Below, one piece after another: positions 1 to 9,521 of a DNA stretch of 64,000 nucleotides. How positions within the stretch are numbered: the first letter of the stretch is position 1; each line of letters opens with the position of its first letter. The translations under genes were made by a program, and so were the position numbers. The notes below the pieces were generated by a model that was not told the DNA's origin, made no database searches, and saw nothing but the letters and a program-made list of their open reading frames with translations. The DNA comes from Ignavibacteria bacterium (GTDB lineage: Bacteria > Bacteroidota > Ignavibacteria > Kapaibacteriales > UBA2268): the NCBI GenBank assembly GCA_026417135.1, contig JAOADV010000004.1, forward strand, positions 814-64,813. The letters are read 5' to 3'.

Positions 1-501
1 TTCTTTCGTGGCAACGATGTTCGGACAATCGGTTGCCAGACGAACGGTTGTTTCTGCCGATATATTGGTCCCAGTGCGGCTTGGAACATTATATAAAATA
101 ATAGGTATATCAACTTCTCCAGCAATTAACCGGAAATGTTCGTATAATCCATCTTGGTTGGGTTTGTTGTAGTATGGAGCAACAAGCAAGCAAGCCGAGG
201 CTCCGTGTTCTTTTGCAAATATGGTCATATTTAAACTTAATTCTGTTTCATTAGTTCCAGTTCCAGCAATAACGGGGATGCGCCCATTTGTATGTTCTAC
301 AGCATCGATGATGATAGCTTGCTTTTCTTTTAAAGATAGTGTGGCACTTTCCCCAGTAGTTGCTGTTACAACAATACCGTCAACATTGTTTTCAATCTGG
401 AAATCAATAAGTTTTCGCAATGCTTTGAAATCGACTTCGCCTTTGCGATTAAATGGAGTAATTAAAGCAGTAAATGTTCCATAAGGGGTAAATTCTTTCA
501 T
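1..501 (-). CDS. dapA: 4-hydroxy-tetrahydrodipicolinate synthase, N-terminal 167 codons; the gene runs off the window start
   Basis: Reverse-complement translation from the ATG at 499-501 gives MKEFTPYGTFTALITPF...VTATTGESATLS...YNKPNQDGLYEHF...IILYNVPSRTG, the typical DapA/DHDPS N-terminal half. An AAGGTGA ribosome-binding site lies 5 nt upstream of the ATG. Confidence 0.85.
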   Translation of the reverse strand, partial: MKEFTPYGTFTALITPFNRKGEVDFKALRKLIDFQIENNVDGIVVTATTGESATLSLKEKQAIIIDAVEHTNGRIPVIAGTGTNETELSLNMTIFAKEHGASACLLVAPYYNKPNQDGLYEHFRLIAGEVDIPIILYNVPSRTGTNISAETTVRLATDCPNIVATKE

Positions 502-897
502 AAATTCACCTTAACAAAAAAAATTTCAAATTCAATTTTAAACAATTTGTTAACACATTTACGAAATTAATTATTTGACAAACAAAAACAAACAAATTTT
601 CAATTTTATGAGATTATTTTGAATTCTTTTTGTGTAATTGTTGATTTTAACCAAATTTGACTCAACAGAATTATTATAACGACATATAATGTACCCATTT
701 GTAATAAAATTAGCACAAATATTTTTGTGCAAATTCAGTTTCCAGCTGATTTGATTAAATCTTTCAACATTTGTGAGAAAAAATTTACACAAATTTTAAA
801 TTGTCAGTCATTAATTAGCAAAATCGAGCTTTAAGATTATTTCGTTTTAATGGATTTTTTTGTTGTTTCGAATTATTTCTGAGTATTTCAAAAGTAA

Positions 898-1818
898 TTA
901 CTTAAAAACTATTGATAATAGAATAAAAGCCAGTAGAGTTGGAAAAACAAACAAGATACTATCCAAGCGGTCTAAAAGGCCACCGTGACCCGGAAGATAA
1001 TTTGAACTGTCTTTAACTTTGGCTTCCCTTTTGATTTTCGATTCGGCAAGGTCTCCTAATTGTCCAATTATGCCAATTATAATTGCGAATGCTATTTGAA
1101 AAGTGAACGGCAGAGATAGATTTAGAACCCAATTCAACAAAAAAAAGCCAAATAAAGCTCCGAAAAAGCCAAAGATGGCACCGACCCAAGTTTTTTTGGG
1201 ACTTATCTTTGGGGCGAGTTTTTTTACTCCAAATGCCCTCCCAGCAAAATATGCCGAGGTATCGCAAATCCAAATTGTTCCAAGTATTGCAATAAATAAT
1301 TTCGCATTCCATTCATCGGAAATCAATTGGCTAATCCCAAAGTAAGTATTTGGCAACCCAACAGTTCCAAAGTATCCGAGAAAGAGGAAAAACTCTGTCA
1401 AATGTCGAAATGCAAGTATCGAGATGAATGAGAATGTAATAAAGAAAGTCCCAAGTATAGATAATGCTGAATTGATAGTTGAATAGGAGCCTTTCGACCA
1501 AATTTGTTTTATCAAAAGTATAAAAGGAAGAATAGAAAGTACTGTTAGGAACAAAAGACTAAGTGTGAATTGGTTAATACGGATTGAATCTTGCAAGAAC
1601 ATATAGAAAATGATTAATAGCGTGCTTGTTATAAGCATTCCAAAGTATGAGTATGCTTTGTAACCGAAATTTTCAAATAGGTGGAAAAGCTCGCGGATAA
1701 CTAAGTTCGATAAGATTAATATTACAACAAAGAATGTTATTCCTCCTAAATAAATTATTCCTAGTGTTATTGGAATTCCAACTATTGCCACTAATACTCG
1801 TTTCGAAAGCTCCGTCAT
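898..1818 (-). CDS. cdsA: phosphatidate cytidylyltransferase (CDP-diglyceride synthase)
   Basis: 306 aa polytopic membrane protein. The C-terminal CdsA signature ESKIKREAKVKDSSNYLPGHGGLLDRLDS is present. Confidence 0.85.
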   Translation of the reverse strand: MTELSKRVLVAIVGIPITLGIIYLGGITFFVVILILSNLVIRELFHLFENFGYKAYSYFGMLITSTLLIIFYMFLQDSIRINQFTLSLLFLTVLSILPFILLIKQIWSKGSYSTINSALSILGTFFITFSFISILAFRHLTEFFLFLGYFGTVGLPNTYFGISQLISDEWNAKLFIAILGTIWICDTSAYFAGRAFGVKKLAPKISPKKTWVGAIFGFFGALFGFFLLNWVLNLSLPFTFQIAFAIIIGIIGQLGDLAESKIKREAKVKDSSNYLPGHGGLLDRLDSILFVFPTLLAFILLSIVFK

Positions 1819-1938
1819 AGTTAATAAAAAAAAGCAAAAATAAATAAATGAATTGATTTGAAGGGTTTTGCTATCGAAAAATAAATTTTGTATTAAAGGG
1901 TGAAAATAAATTTTTTGGAAAGATAAGTGAATAGATTA

Positions 1939-3996
1939 TTATAAGATTTTTTTCCGCGAATTTACTACCTTTTTCCCATCGCCTTTCAACCGTGCAATTT
2001 CATCGCGTATTTCCGCAGCTTTTTCAAAATCAAGATTCCTTGCTGCTTCCTTCATTTCTTTGAAAAGTTGCTCGATTAGGTCTTCTCTTTGTTTGTCAGT
2101 AAGAAAATGGAAATAAGGTTCGGAAAAAGTTTGAGTTCGTTGTTGCATTTTCTCGATTCGCTTTTGTTGTCTATGCATTTGTATATCTGCAATAGAAGTG
2201 GAGCTGAGAATTTCGTCCAAACTTTTGTAAATAGTCTGGGGGTTAATATTATTTGCACGGTTGTATTCAAGTTGAAGTCTTCTTCTTCTATTCGATTCCT
2301 CGATAAAATTTTTAATTGAGTTCGTAATTTTGTCTGCATACAGAATAACAAGACCGTCGACGTTGCGAGCGGTTCTGCCAGCAATTTGAAGCAAGGAGCG
2401 TTCGCTTCTAAGAAATCCTTCTTTATCCGCATCGAGGATAGCAACGAGTGATACCTCAGGTAGGTCGAGTCCTTCGCGAAGTAAATTGACGCCAACAAGG
2501 GCGTCGTAATTCCCAAGTCTAAGGTCTCTAATTATTTCAACTCGTTCGAGTGCATCTATATCCGAATGAATATAAGCTACCTTGATGTTGAGTTGGTTTA
2601 AATATTCTGCCAAATCTTCGGACATTCGCTTTGTTAAAGTAGTTACCAAGACTCTGTTCCCTTTCTGTATCCGCTTTCTTATTTCATCAATTAAGTCATC
2701 GACTTGATTTCGGACTGGTCTGACAGAAATTTCTGGGTCGACAAGGCCAGTTGGTCGGATTATTTGTTCAACGACGACTCCACCAGTTTTTTCAAGTTCA
2801 TAGGGACCGGGAGTTGCACTGACGTAAATGACTTGATTGACCAACGATTCGAATTCTTCGAACTTCAAGGGTCGGTTTTCCATAGCAGATGGCAATCGAA
2901 ATCCAAAATCGACCAACGTTTGTTTTCGTGAGCGGTCGCCGTTGTACATTCCTCTTAGTTGGGGAATGGTTACGTGACTCTCGTCGATTATAATCAAGAA
3001 GTCTTTTGGAAAATAATGAATAATTGTTTCCGGTGTGTCTCCGAAATTCCGTCCGGAAAGGTGCATAGAATAGTTTTCTATGCCCGAGCAGTATCCAATC
3101 TCTTTCATCATTTCAATGTCGAAAAGTGTTCTTTGTTCGAGCCTTTGTGCTTCGAGAATTTTTCCTTGTGAACGAAGCTCGCGCAATCGTTCAACTAATT
3201 CGTTTTGGATAGCAACTATTGCTCGTTTTAAGCGACTTTCTGTGGTCACAAAAAGTTTAGCTGGATATAGTGTATATTCGTCGTATTCTTTCAAAATTTT
3301 ACCAGTTGTGGAATTAATAAGTGAAATTTTGTCGATTTCGTCCCCAAATAGTTCGACTCTTATTGCCTCGACTATTTCGTACGCAGGCAAAATATCGACG
3401 ACATCCCCGCGTACCCTAAAGCATCCCCTTTTAAAGTCGATGTCGTTTCGGTTGTAGTATAAATAAATTAACTTATTTAAGAGGGCTTTTCTCGATATTT
3501 TCATTCCACGATGAATGGGAAAAAGAAATTGCTCGAAATCTTCTTTTTTGCCGATGCTATAAATGCAACTGACCGATGCAACGATTATTGTATCCCTTCG
3601 ACCTTCGACAAGTCTGCTTGTAGCTTTAATTCTTAACCTATCAATTTCCTCGTTGATTGAAAAGTCCTTTTCAATATATGTATCGGTCTGAGGTATGTAT
3701 GCTTCTGGCTGGTAATAATCGTAGTAGGAAATAAAGTATTCAACAGCATTTTCTGGGAAAAAGCTGCGGAATTCGCTATATAATTGAGCAGCCAATGTTT
3801 TATTTGGTGAAATCACTAATACTGGTTTTTGGACTTGTTCAATCACGTTAGAAATTGTAAATGTTTTTCCAGAACCAGTAACACCGAGCAAGGTTTGGTG
3901 TTTTTCCCCTCGGTTTATACCATCAACTAACTCCTTAATTGCCTTGGGTTGGTCCCCAGCGGGTTTATAGCTCGAGTGTAATTTAAATTTTGGCAT
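1939..3996 (-). CDS. uvrB: excinuclease ABC subunit B
   Basis: 685 aa with Walker [11 protein letters not shown], helicase motifs, the UvrB interaction domain and a C-terminal UVR motif ([16 protein letters not shown]). Confidence 0.95.
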   Translation of the reverse strand: MPKFKLHSSYKPAGDQPKAIKELVDGINRGEKHQTLLGVTGSGKTFTISNVIEQVQKPVLVISPNKTLAAQLYSEFRSFFPENAVEYFISYYDYYQPEAYIPQTDTYIEKDFSINEEIDRLRIKATSRLVEGRRDTIIVASVSCIYSIGKKEDFEQFLFPIHRGMKISRKALLNKLIYLYYNRNDIDFKRGCFRVRGDVVDILPAYEIVEAIRVELFGDEIDKISLINSTTGKILKEYDEYTLYPAKLFVTTESRLKRAIVAIQNELVERLRELRSQGKILEAQRLEQRTLFDIEMMKEIGYCSGIENYSMHLSGRNFGDTPETIIHYFPKDFLIIIDESHVTIPQLRGMYNGDRSRKQTLVDFGFRLPSAMENRPLKFEEFESLVNQVIYVSATPGPYELEKTGGVVVEQIIRPTGLVDPEISVRPVRNQVDDLIDEIRKRIQKGNRVLVTTLTKRMSEDLAEYLNQLNIKVAYIHSDIDALERVEIIRDLRLGNYDALVGVNLLREGLDLPEVSLVAILDADKEGFLRSERSLLQIAGRTARNVDGLVILYADKITNSIKNFIEESNRRRRLQLEYNRANNINPQTIYKSLDEILSSTSIADIQMHRQQKRIEKMQQRTQTFSEPYFHFLTDKQREDLIEQLFKEMKEAARNLDFEKAAEIRDEIARLKGDGKKVVNSRKKIL

Positions 3997-4238
3997 AAAC
4001 TTGAAATATGTTTACTAAAAAATAGACGAGAAATTCGAAAAAATAATTATTAACTTTTAAGAGAATGTATTGCCTATAAATATATGCTTTATCACAAATG
4101 TTGTTTAGAAAATGAAACCAAGAGGTTTAACTAAAAAGTATTTTTTTGAAATTTTATTTGTTAAGTTTACAATAATACCTTGGAGTTGAATCATAGGCCT
4201 TCATTTTGACTTTGAATTTTAAGATGTTTTGTGCTTAA

Positions 4239-4898
4239 TTAGCCAGATACATTTTTAGTTAGAAATTTTGATTTAGTAAGAATGAAGTTTACAATTCCAT
4301 AGGCCGAATATGCTGCAAAAATTGCAATAAAAACATCAATCGTATAGTGAACGTGTTGAAGTAAAATTCCACCTCCAACAATAATTGTTCCCAGTAGCAA
4401 AAGTATTTTGAGAGCTCGATTGTTAACAAGAAGGAATAGAAGGAACATAAGCGAAGTATGTCCAGAAAAAAATAAATCTTTTGTTAAAGTTACCTCCGTT
4501 CCGAAATTTTCTATAATTGGGTCTTTCAGCAAAATGATTTTTTCGGGGGGTTCCAAAGGAAGGAGATACATAGCTGAAATTCTAAAAACTAAAAGAAGAG
4601 CATAAGCGAAGAATGCAAGTGAAAGTTGTCGCGGAAATTGCAATAAATAAAAGAAAGTAGCAAAAATGGAAGAATAAAGAGTTATGAATATTAACCAAGT
4701 TAGATTAATTGGCTCAAAGCGAGAAAGAATAGGGTCGTCGAAGCCAAATCCGGGCCGACTTTCGATGTTACAGATAAAGTTTGCTGTAAAATGCAACATA
4801 ATTGTGGTGGAAAGGAACGAGATAACAAAAATCGAAATGTTTTTTTTTGACCTTGCGAACTCTTTCCACTCGGATAAATCCAAAACTTTAATTTTCAT
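4239..4898 (-). CDS. PAP2-superfamily membrane protein (phosphatidic acid phosphatase / sphingomyelin-synthase-like C-terminal domain)
   Basis: 219 aa multi-TM protein. PAP2 motifs are present: FFSGHTS (PSGH-like) and LLQHVHYTIDV (HxxxD). Confidence 0.5.
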   Translation of the reverse strand: MKIKVLDLSEWKEFARSKKNISIFVISFLSTTIMLHFTANFICNIESRPGFGFDDPILSRFEPINLTWLIFITLYSSIFATFFYLLQFPRQLSLAFFAYALLLVFRISAMYLLPLEPPEKIILLKDPIIENFGTEVTLTKDLFFSGHTSLMFLLFLLVNNRALKILLLLGTIIVGGGILLQHVHYTIDVFIAIFAAYSAYGIVNFILTKSKFLTKNVSG

Positions 4899-4944
4899 AA
4901 CTACAAAAAATTAACTAATTTCGAATTTTTGCAAAAATAATTTA

Positions 4945-5493
4945 ATGAAACATATCCAAAGCAAAAGCATACACTCCACAACCGTAATTGGGATATTGAA
5001 GGATGGGAAAGCTGCTATCGGAAGCGATGGACAAGTTACTCTTGGGACAACAGTTTTGAAACAAGGTGCTAAGAAGATACGTAGATTATATAATGGTAGT
5101 GTTTTAGCTGGATTTGCTGGTGGGACAGCCGATGCATTTGCTTTGTTGCAAAGGTTCGAAGAAAAACTTGATTCGACGCGTGGCAATCTTTTTCGTGCAG
5201 TTATGGATTTCGCTAAAGATTGGAGAACTGACCGTTATTTAAGAAGGCTCGAAGCAATGATGATAGTTATGAACAACGAAAAAATTCTGCTTCTAACTGG
5301 TAATGGAGATGTTGTCGAGCCCGATGATAACATTGCCGCTATAGGTTCTGGTGCTCCTTATGCACTTGCAGCAGCAAGGGCTCTTGTCAATCACAGCACT
5401 CTCAGCGCAAGGCAAATTGTCGAGGAATCTCTTCGTATTGCCTCTCAGATTTGTATCTATACTAATTCAGAATTTACGGTCGAGGAATTATAA
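4945..5493 (+). CDS. hslV: ATP-dependent protease subunit HslV (proteasome-like threonine peptidase)
   Basis: 182 aa. STTVIGILKDGKAAIGSDGQVTLG matches the HslV N-terminal catalytic Thr region, and GSGAPYALAAARAL is conserved. Confidence 0.85.
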   Translation: MKHIQSKSIHSTTVIGILKDGKAAIGSDGQVTLGTTVLKQGAKKIRRLYNGSVLAGFAGGTADAFALLQRFEEKLDSTRGNLFRAVMDFAKDWRTDRYLRRLEAMMIVMNNEKILLLTGNGDVVEPDDNIAAIGSGAPYALAAARALVNHSTLSARQIVEESLRIASQICIYTNSEFTVEEL

Positions 5494-5502
5494 ATCAATT
5501 CT

Positions 5503-6129
5503 ATGGTAAGAATAGCCGATGTTATCAAACTCGATAAAAAGTTGGTTTTGGCATCAAGTTCTGCACGAAGGAAAAAATTACTTGAAATGTTAGGTTTTGA
5601 GTTCGAAGTCATTTCGCCCGACATTGATGAACAACAAATAAGTAACGAAATTTACGATTTTTCGTTGAAAGTTATCGAGGTTGCTAAGGCAAAAGCTTTA
5701 AAGGTTTCCCAATTAATCAATTACGAATCTATTATCCTATCTGCCGATACTATTGTAGTCCTTGATGGTATGGTTTTAACAAAGCCAGTCGATGAATACG
5801 AAGCTAAAATTATGTTAAAAAAATTGAGCAATCGTACTCATCTTGTTTTTACTGGTTTGGCTTTGCTTCACACTCCTTCTTTTACCTATAAAACTTGCTT
5901 TCGTCGGACCGAAGTTTCTTTTCGTCAGATTGAGGAACAAGAAATAGATGCATACATTCTTTCCGGTTCACCTTTGGACAAAGCTGGAGCGTATGGCATC
6001 CAAGATGATTTCGGTGCTGTCTTCGTAAAGAGTGTCAATGGTTGCTTTTACAATATTGTGGGTTTGCCAATCGAAGCTTTTTATAGTTCATTGAAGCAAT
6101 TTATTAATGAATTGGAAAACAAAAGATAA
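5503..6129 (+). CDS. maf: Maf-like nucleoside triphosphate pyrophosphatase (septum formation protein)
   Basis: 208 aa. LVLASSSARRKKLLEMLG and the AGAYGIQD motif are present. Confidence 0.85.
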   Translation: MVRIADVIKLDKKLVLASSSARRKKLLEMLGFEFEVISPDIDEQQISNEIYDFSLKVIEVAKAKALKVSQLINYESIILSADTIVVLDGMVLTKPVDEYEAKIMLKKLSNRTHLVFTGLALLHTPSFTYKTCFRRTEVSFRQIEEQEIDAYILSGSPLDKAGAYGIQDDFGAVFVKSVNGCFYNIVGLPIEAFYSSLKQFINELENKR

Positions 6130-6982
6130 TATTGTAACTGCTATCTTAGTTCTTCCGTGGATTGTGGTATTTACATTATTTTGGTTTTATCCGCTTGTTT
6201 ATGCTGGATATCTCAGTCTTTGTGATTATGAAACACTAACAAGTAAAACAAGATTTGTAGGGCTCGACAACTACTTTCGTATCTTTACCGACCCCATTTT
6301 CCTTAAAGCCTTTGTAAATACTTGTATTTTTGTTCTTGGAACTGTTCCAGTAACTATTTCATTATCTCTAATTTTAGCAAATTTCTTAAATCAAAAGTTT
6401 GTCCGGTTCGGAAATTTTTTTCGCACAGTTTTTTTCCTTCCCTCCGTAACATCCATTGTAGTGATTTCGCTGATATTTGTTAATCTTTATGCTTCCGAAG
6501 GATATATTAATTCAATATTTAAGCTCGTTGGACTATGGTACCCGAAACTTGGTTGGCTACAAAACGAAACGACAGCATTACCAGCAATTATGGCAATGGA
6601 TATTTGGATGTCGATTGGCTATTATACAATTCTATTTATTGCTTCGATGCAGTCTATCCCAAAAGATTATTACGAAGTTGCCGATTTGTTTGGCACCACC
6701 GAATGGCAGAAATTTTGGCGGATAACTTTTCCTTCGATTCGCCCGATGTTCCTTTTTGTTATTGTTTTAAATACTATAAAATCGTTTCAAATCTTTGTCG
6801 AAATTTATGTTATGACAAAAGGTGGGCCTTTAAATGCTACGACAACCCTTGTCTATTTAGTTTATGAAAATGCTTTCGTTAAAATCGACGAAATGGGTTA
6901 TGCGTCGGCGATGGCTTTCGTTATCTTTTTCTTCCTTTTAGGACTATCAATTCTTCAAATTCGCTTACTAAAGATAAAATAG
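6107..6982 (+). CDS. ABC transporter permease, MalF/UgpA-type (binding-protein-dependent transport inner-membrane component)
   Basis: 291 aa with six predicted TM helices. The EAA-like loop IASMQSIPKDYYEVADLFGTTEWQKFWRITFPSIRP is present. It overlaps the maf stop by 23 nt. Confidence 0.8.
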   Translation: MNWKTKDNIVTAILVLPWIVVFTLFWFYPLVYAGYLSLCDYETLTSKTRFVGLDNYFRIFTDPIFLKAFVNTCIFVLGTVPVTISLSLILANFLNQKFVRFGNFFRTVFFLPSVTSIVVISLIFVNLYASEGYINSIFKLVGLWYPKLGWLQNETTALPAIMAMDIWMSIGYYTILFIASMQSIPKDYYEVADLFGTTEWQKFWRITFPSIRPMFLFVIVLNTIKSFQIFVEIYVMTKGGPLNATTTLVYLVYENAFVKIDEMGYASAMAFVIFFFLLGLSILQIRLLKIK

Positions 6983-7093
6983 TAAGCAGTTCAATTGCTT
7001 TAAAATAGATTTTCTTAAGTTTTTTAAAAAGTATTTTAGTATTCAATTAACTGGACTACATAAGAATAAATTTTATCGAATTTTTCATAAGCA

Positions 7094-9166
7094 TTAATCG
7101 TAAGCTCTACCGCTGAAAATCGAGGACTGTTGTCCATCTACATAAATTAAAGCCTGTTCGGCTGCTTCGATAAGTGGCTGGACGGATATTTCACTACCGA
7201 CTGCACCTTTCATCCAGGCTTGCGGAGTTAAATTGCCTTGCGTAAAAATGCGAATTAATTCATTGGCGAAATCCTTACCTTCTAAATGCTTTTCGAGTTG
7301 AAATTCGATAACGTGCCCAAGAGGATAAGCTGGCAAATACAATGGATAATCTATCATATGTGAGTAGATTGCAAGTATAGGAACATCTTTGTGGTTGAAA
7401 ACTGGAGCAAAATAGTTGTTCCAAACTTCTTTCGCAATTCGAATTACTTCGTTCTTTAAGTCTTCGGGTGTGGCGTCGGGATTGTTGTAGAGCCATCTCC
7501 AAACGTACATATCGACAAGAGCAACGCCCATTATTTCGTAAGTAGCCCAGAAGTTGTCGAGAACAGTTAAATATTTGGCTTCTGGGACTGGGTCTTTTAT
7601 TCCTAACAAATCCAAGTCTCGTTTTTGGAAAATAAAAGCTAAGGCTTCGGTAAATGCTGTGTTTGGTACGCCAGTAAGCATATAGTAGTCAACCTTATTT
7701 AAAGTAAGGACTTGTTCGACGTTATGCCCGAATTCGTGTATTGCTATGTTGAATCCTTTATAATCTAAGCCTTCTTTCCCAATCCGCGTTCGGAGATGTG
7801 CTTTTTCGCTTCGCATTTGTGCGCCCCAAGCATGACCTGCCCCCCGAGAAGCTTCGACTTCAACCTTTGAAGAAATGTAGTTCGCAATATCTTGGGCAAA
7901 TCCCAATTTAATTAATAGATTTGGTAAATCTTTTGTAAACGCTTCGCTTGTTGGATAAAGATTTCGCGTGATTCCAGTTAAAAATTCTTCGCTTAATCTG
8001 CTTCGTGCTTTAAAACCATCGTACCATATATCGAATGGTTCGAGTTTTCGACCTAATCTCTTTTGGATTAATCCAGCAACTTTTTTGACAGTGGGAGAAG
8101 AAAGTAAATCTATAAATAACTTTTCGATTTCTTTTTCGGAAATTTCAAACTCTAAATCGAACTTACGACTAATATAAGTGGGGTAGTTAGGGTAGAACTT
8201 ATCTATTTCTTTCCGCACTCGAAAGTTATTTAAAAGATGAAAGTAGCGCGTATTTGGTTCAGTCTTGAAAGGAATTTCTTTCCCATCACTAAAAAGTTTG
8301 TTTTTAAAAGGGTTCCATTGGAAATTAGGGTTATTTATAACTTGCTCGGGAATTGTTTGATTAATGATGTGTTTCATTACTTCGTAAATCATATTTTGTT
8401 TGAAAAGGGCATCATCTTTTCCATACAATGATTTTATTTCGTCTCGCAAGTTCCAATGTGAAATTAATTTCTTGTCTTTGGGGAAGTATGTTTTTCCTTC
8501 ATCGTCAACTAAATTGCCAACGTAAATGTTGTATTGGGAAATATAAGAGTCGGCTTTTGTAGAAGTTTCGGAGATTTTTTGTAAATACTCGCTCGGGACA
8601 CGAGAATCGAACAAATCCCCCATTCTCGCATACGCCCACTCTTTTCTATTCCACTTTTCGCCGAGTTCATTTTTCTCTTTCAAAGTATAATTAGGAAAAT
8701 TTAAAATCACGTAGAAAGCAATTTTATTTTTAAAAAGGTCATTGGTTAGATTTGCCGATGGGTCGTATCCAGCAAACATTAGGTCTATTGGGAGTATTTC
8801 ACCTAAATCTAAGTGCAACTGCCGATTTAATTCTAATGAAATTTTGTTGAAATGTCCACTTAGAACTTCAAAGTACTTGGAAAGTCGGTCAAATACTGTA
8901 TCCAATCGTTCCCCTTTTGGGACAAAGTTGTTGGTGCAGAAATCGATGAAGTCCTTTTTTGAACCATCTTCTTCGAGCCAAAAATTTGCAACTTGGCGAA
9001 CACCACGCTCGATTCTTTCGCGTTCCCCTTCACCAAATTTTTCAATCATTGTTTTGACGGTCTTTTTGATTGTTGTCTGGTCGATAAACATATTTAACCC
9101 TTTTTCTTTGTTGGTCGAGCAAAATGTGAAAAAGAAAAGAACCAAGATAAAACTAAACACTTTCAT
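7094..9166 (-). CDS. putative zinc metallopeptidase lipoprotein (HEXXH gluzincin-like)
   Basis: 690 aa with a signal peptide and lipobox (FFTFCST). An HEFGH zinc-binding motif is followed downstream by Glu-containing segments. The exact MEROPS family is not assignable by eye. Confidence 0.55.
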   Translation of the reverse strand: MKVFSFILVLFFFTFCSTNKEKGLNMFIDQTTIKKTVKTMIEKFGEGERERIERGVRQVANFWLEEDGSKKDFIDFCTNNFVPKGERLDTVFDRLSKYFEVLSGHFNKISLELNRQLHLDLGEILPIDLMFAGYDPSANLTNDLFKNKIAFYVILNFPNYTLKEKNELGEKWNRKEWAYARMGDLFDSRVPSEYLQKISETSTKADSYISQYNIYVGNLVDDEGKTYFPKDKKLISHWNLRDEIKSLYGKDDALFKQNMIYEVMKHIINQTIPEQVINNPNFQWNPFKNKLFSDGKEIPFKTEPNTRYFHLLNNFRVRKEIDKFYPNYPTYISRKFDLEFEISEKEIEKLFIDLLSSPTVKKVAGLIQKRLGRKLEPFDIWYDGFKARSRLSEEFLTGITRNLYPTSEAFTKDLPNLLIKLGFAQDIANYISSKVEVEASRGAGHAWGAQMRSEKAHLRTRIGKEGLDYKGFNIAIHEFGHNVEQVLTLNKVDYYMLTGVPNTAFTEALAFIFQKRDLDLLGIKDPVPEAKYLTVLDNFWATYEIMGVALVDMYVWRWLYNNPDATPEDLKNEVIRIAKEVWNNYFAPVFNHKDVPILAIYSHMIDYPLYLPAYPLGHVIEFQLEKHLEGKDFANELIRIFTQGNLTPQAWMKGAVGSEISVQPLIEAAEQALIYVDGQQSSIFSGRAYD

Positions 9167-9521
9167 AATTTAAGCAATCAAAATTTAACAAAGTCAAAAT
9201 TACAAAAATAAAGCACAATAAACTTTCGCTTTAAAATTTGAATATAGTCTGGTTTATTTTTCTACTAACAATTTCTATTTAAAAGTTAGGTTGGGTTGCA
9301 ATACTTTGCAAATACCAAAAAATGTATTCGAAAACTTAATCGGTATGTAACGAATAATTTTTTAAAGAACAAGTAAAGGATTGATTTTGTCGCTGAACAA
9401 AAAGGAAATTTTGAAAACATTTCAAGTTAAAGTAACTTTGTAAATCAGATTACAAAACTGCAACCACTTGGAAAAAGAGTGGTTTAGAGGTGCAGAATTA
9501 ATCTTGTATAATGCAAGTTTA

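Noticed and set aside
571-792. 73-aa ORF in the 396-nt AT-rich dapA-cdsA intergenic region.
   Set aside because: Asn/Ile/Lys-rich translation of AT-rich non-coding DNA with no ribosome-binding site. The region is better explained as the dapA promoter and 5' UTR (AAGGTGA RBS at 489-495) plus the cdsA 3' end.
502-897. Possible lysine riboswitch (L-box) upstream of dapA.
   Set aside because: I read the minus-strand leader and found none of the conserved GC-rich L-box helices or GAGG/AGAGGCGC elements. The leader is almost pure A/T.
1013-1345. Short ORFs antisense to or overlapping cdsA (99 aa and 80 aa). The same pattern recurs at 2076-2516 and 3080-3457 inside uvrB, 9838-11624 inside the vWA gene, 16111-17146 inside E2, and 49106-50296 inside the SDR/ACAD genes.
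   Set aside because: They lie wholly inside well-supported longer genes on the opposite strand or in another frame. They have low-complexity composition and no motifs. These are typical shadow ORFs.
9440-9500. 6-bp palindrome ACCACT…AGTGGT with a 9-nt loop downstream of the vWA gene as a terminator.
   Set aside because: The stem is short, the loop long and the T-tract interrupted. It is too weak to call.
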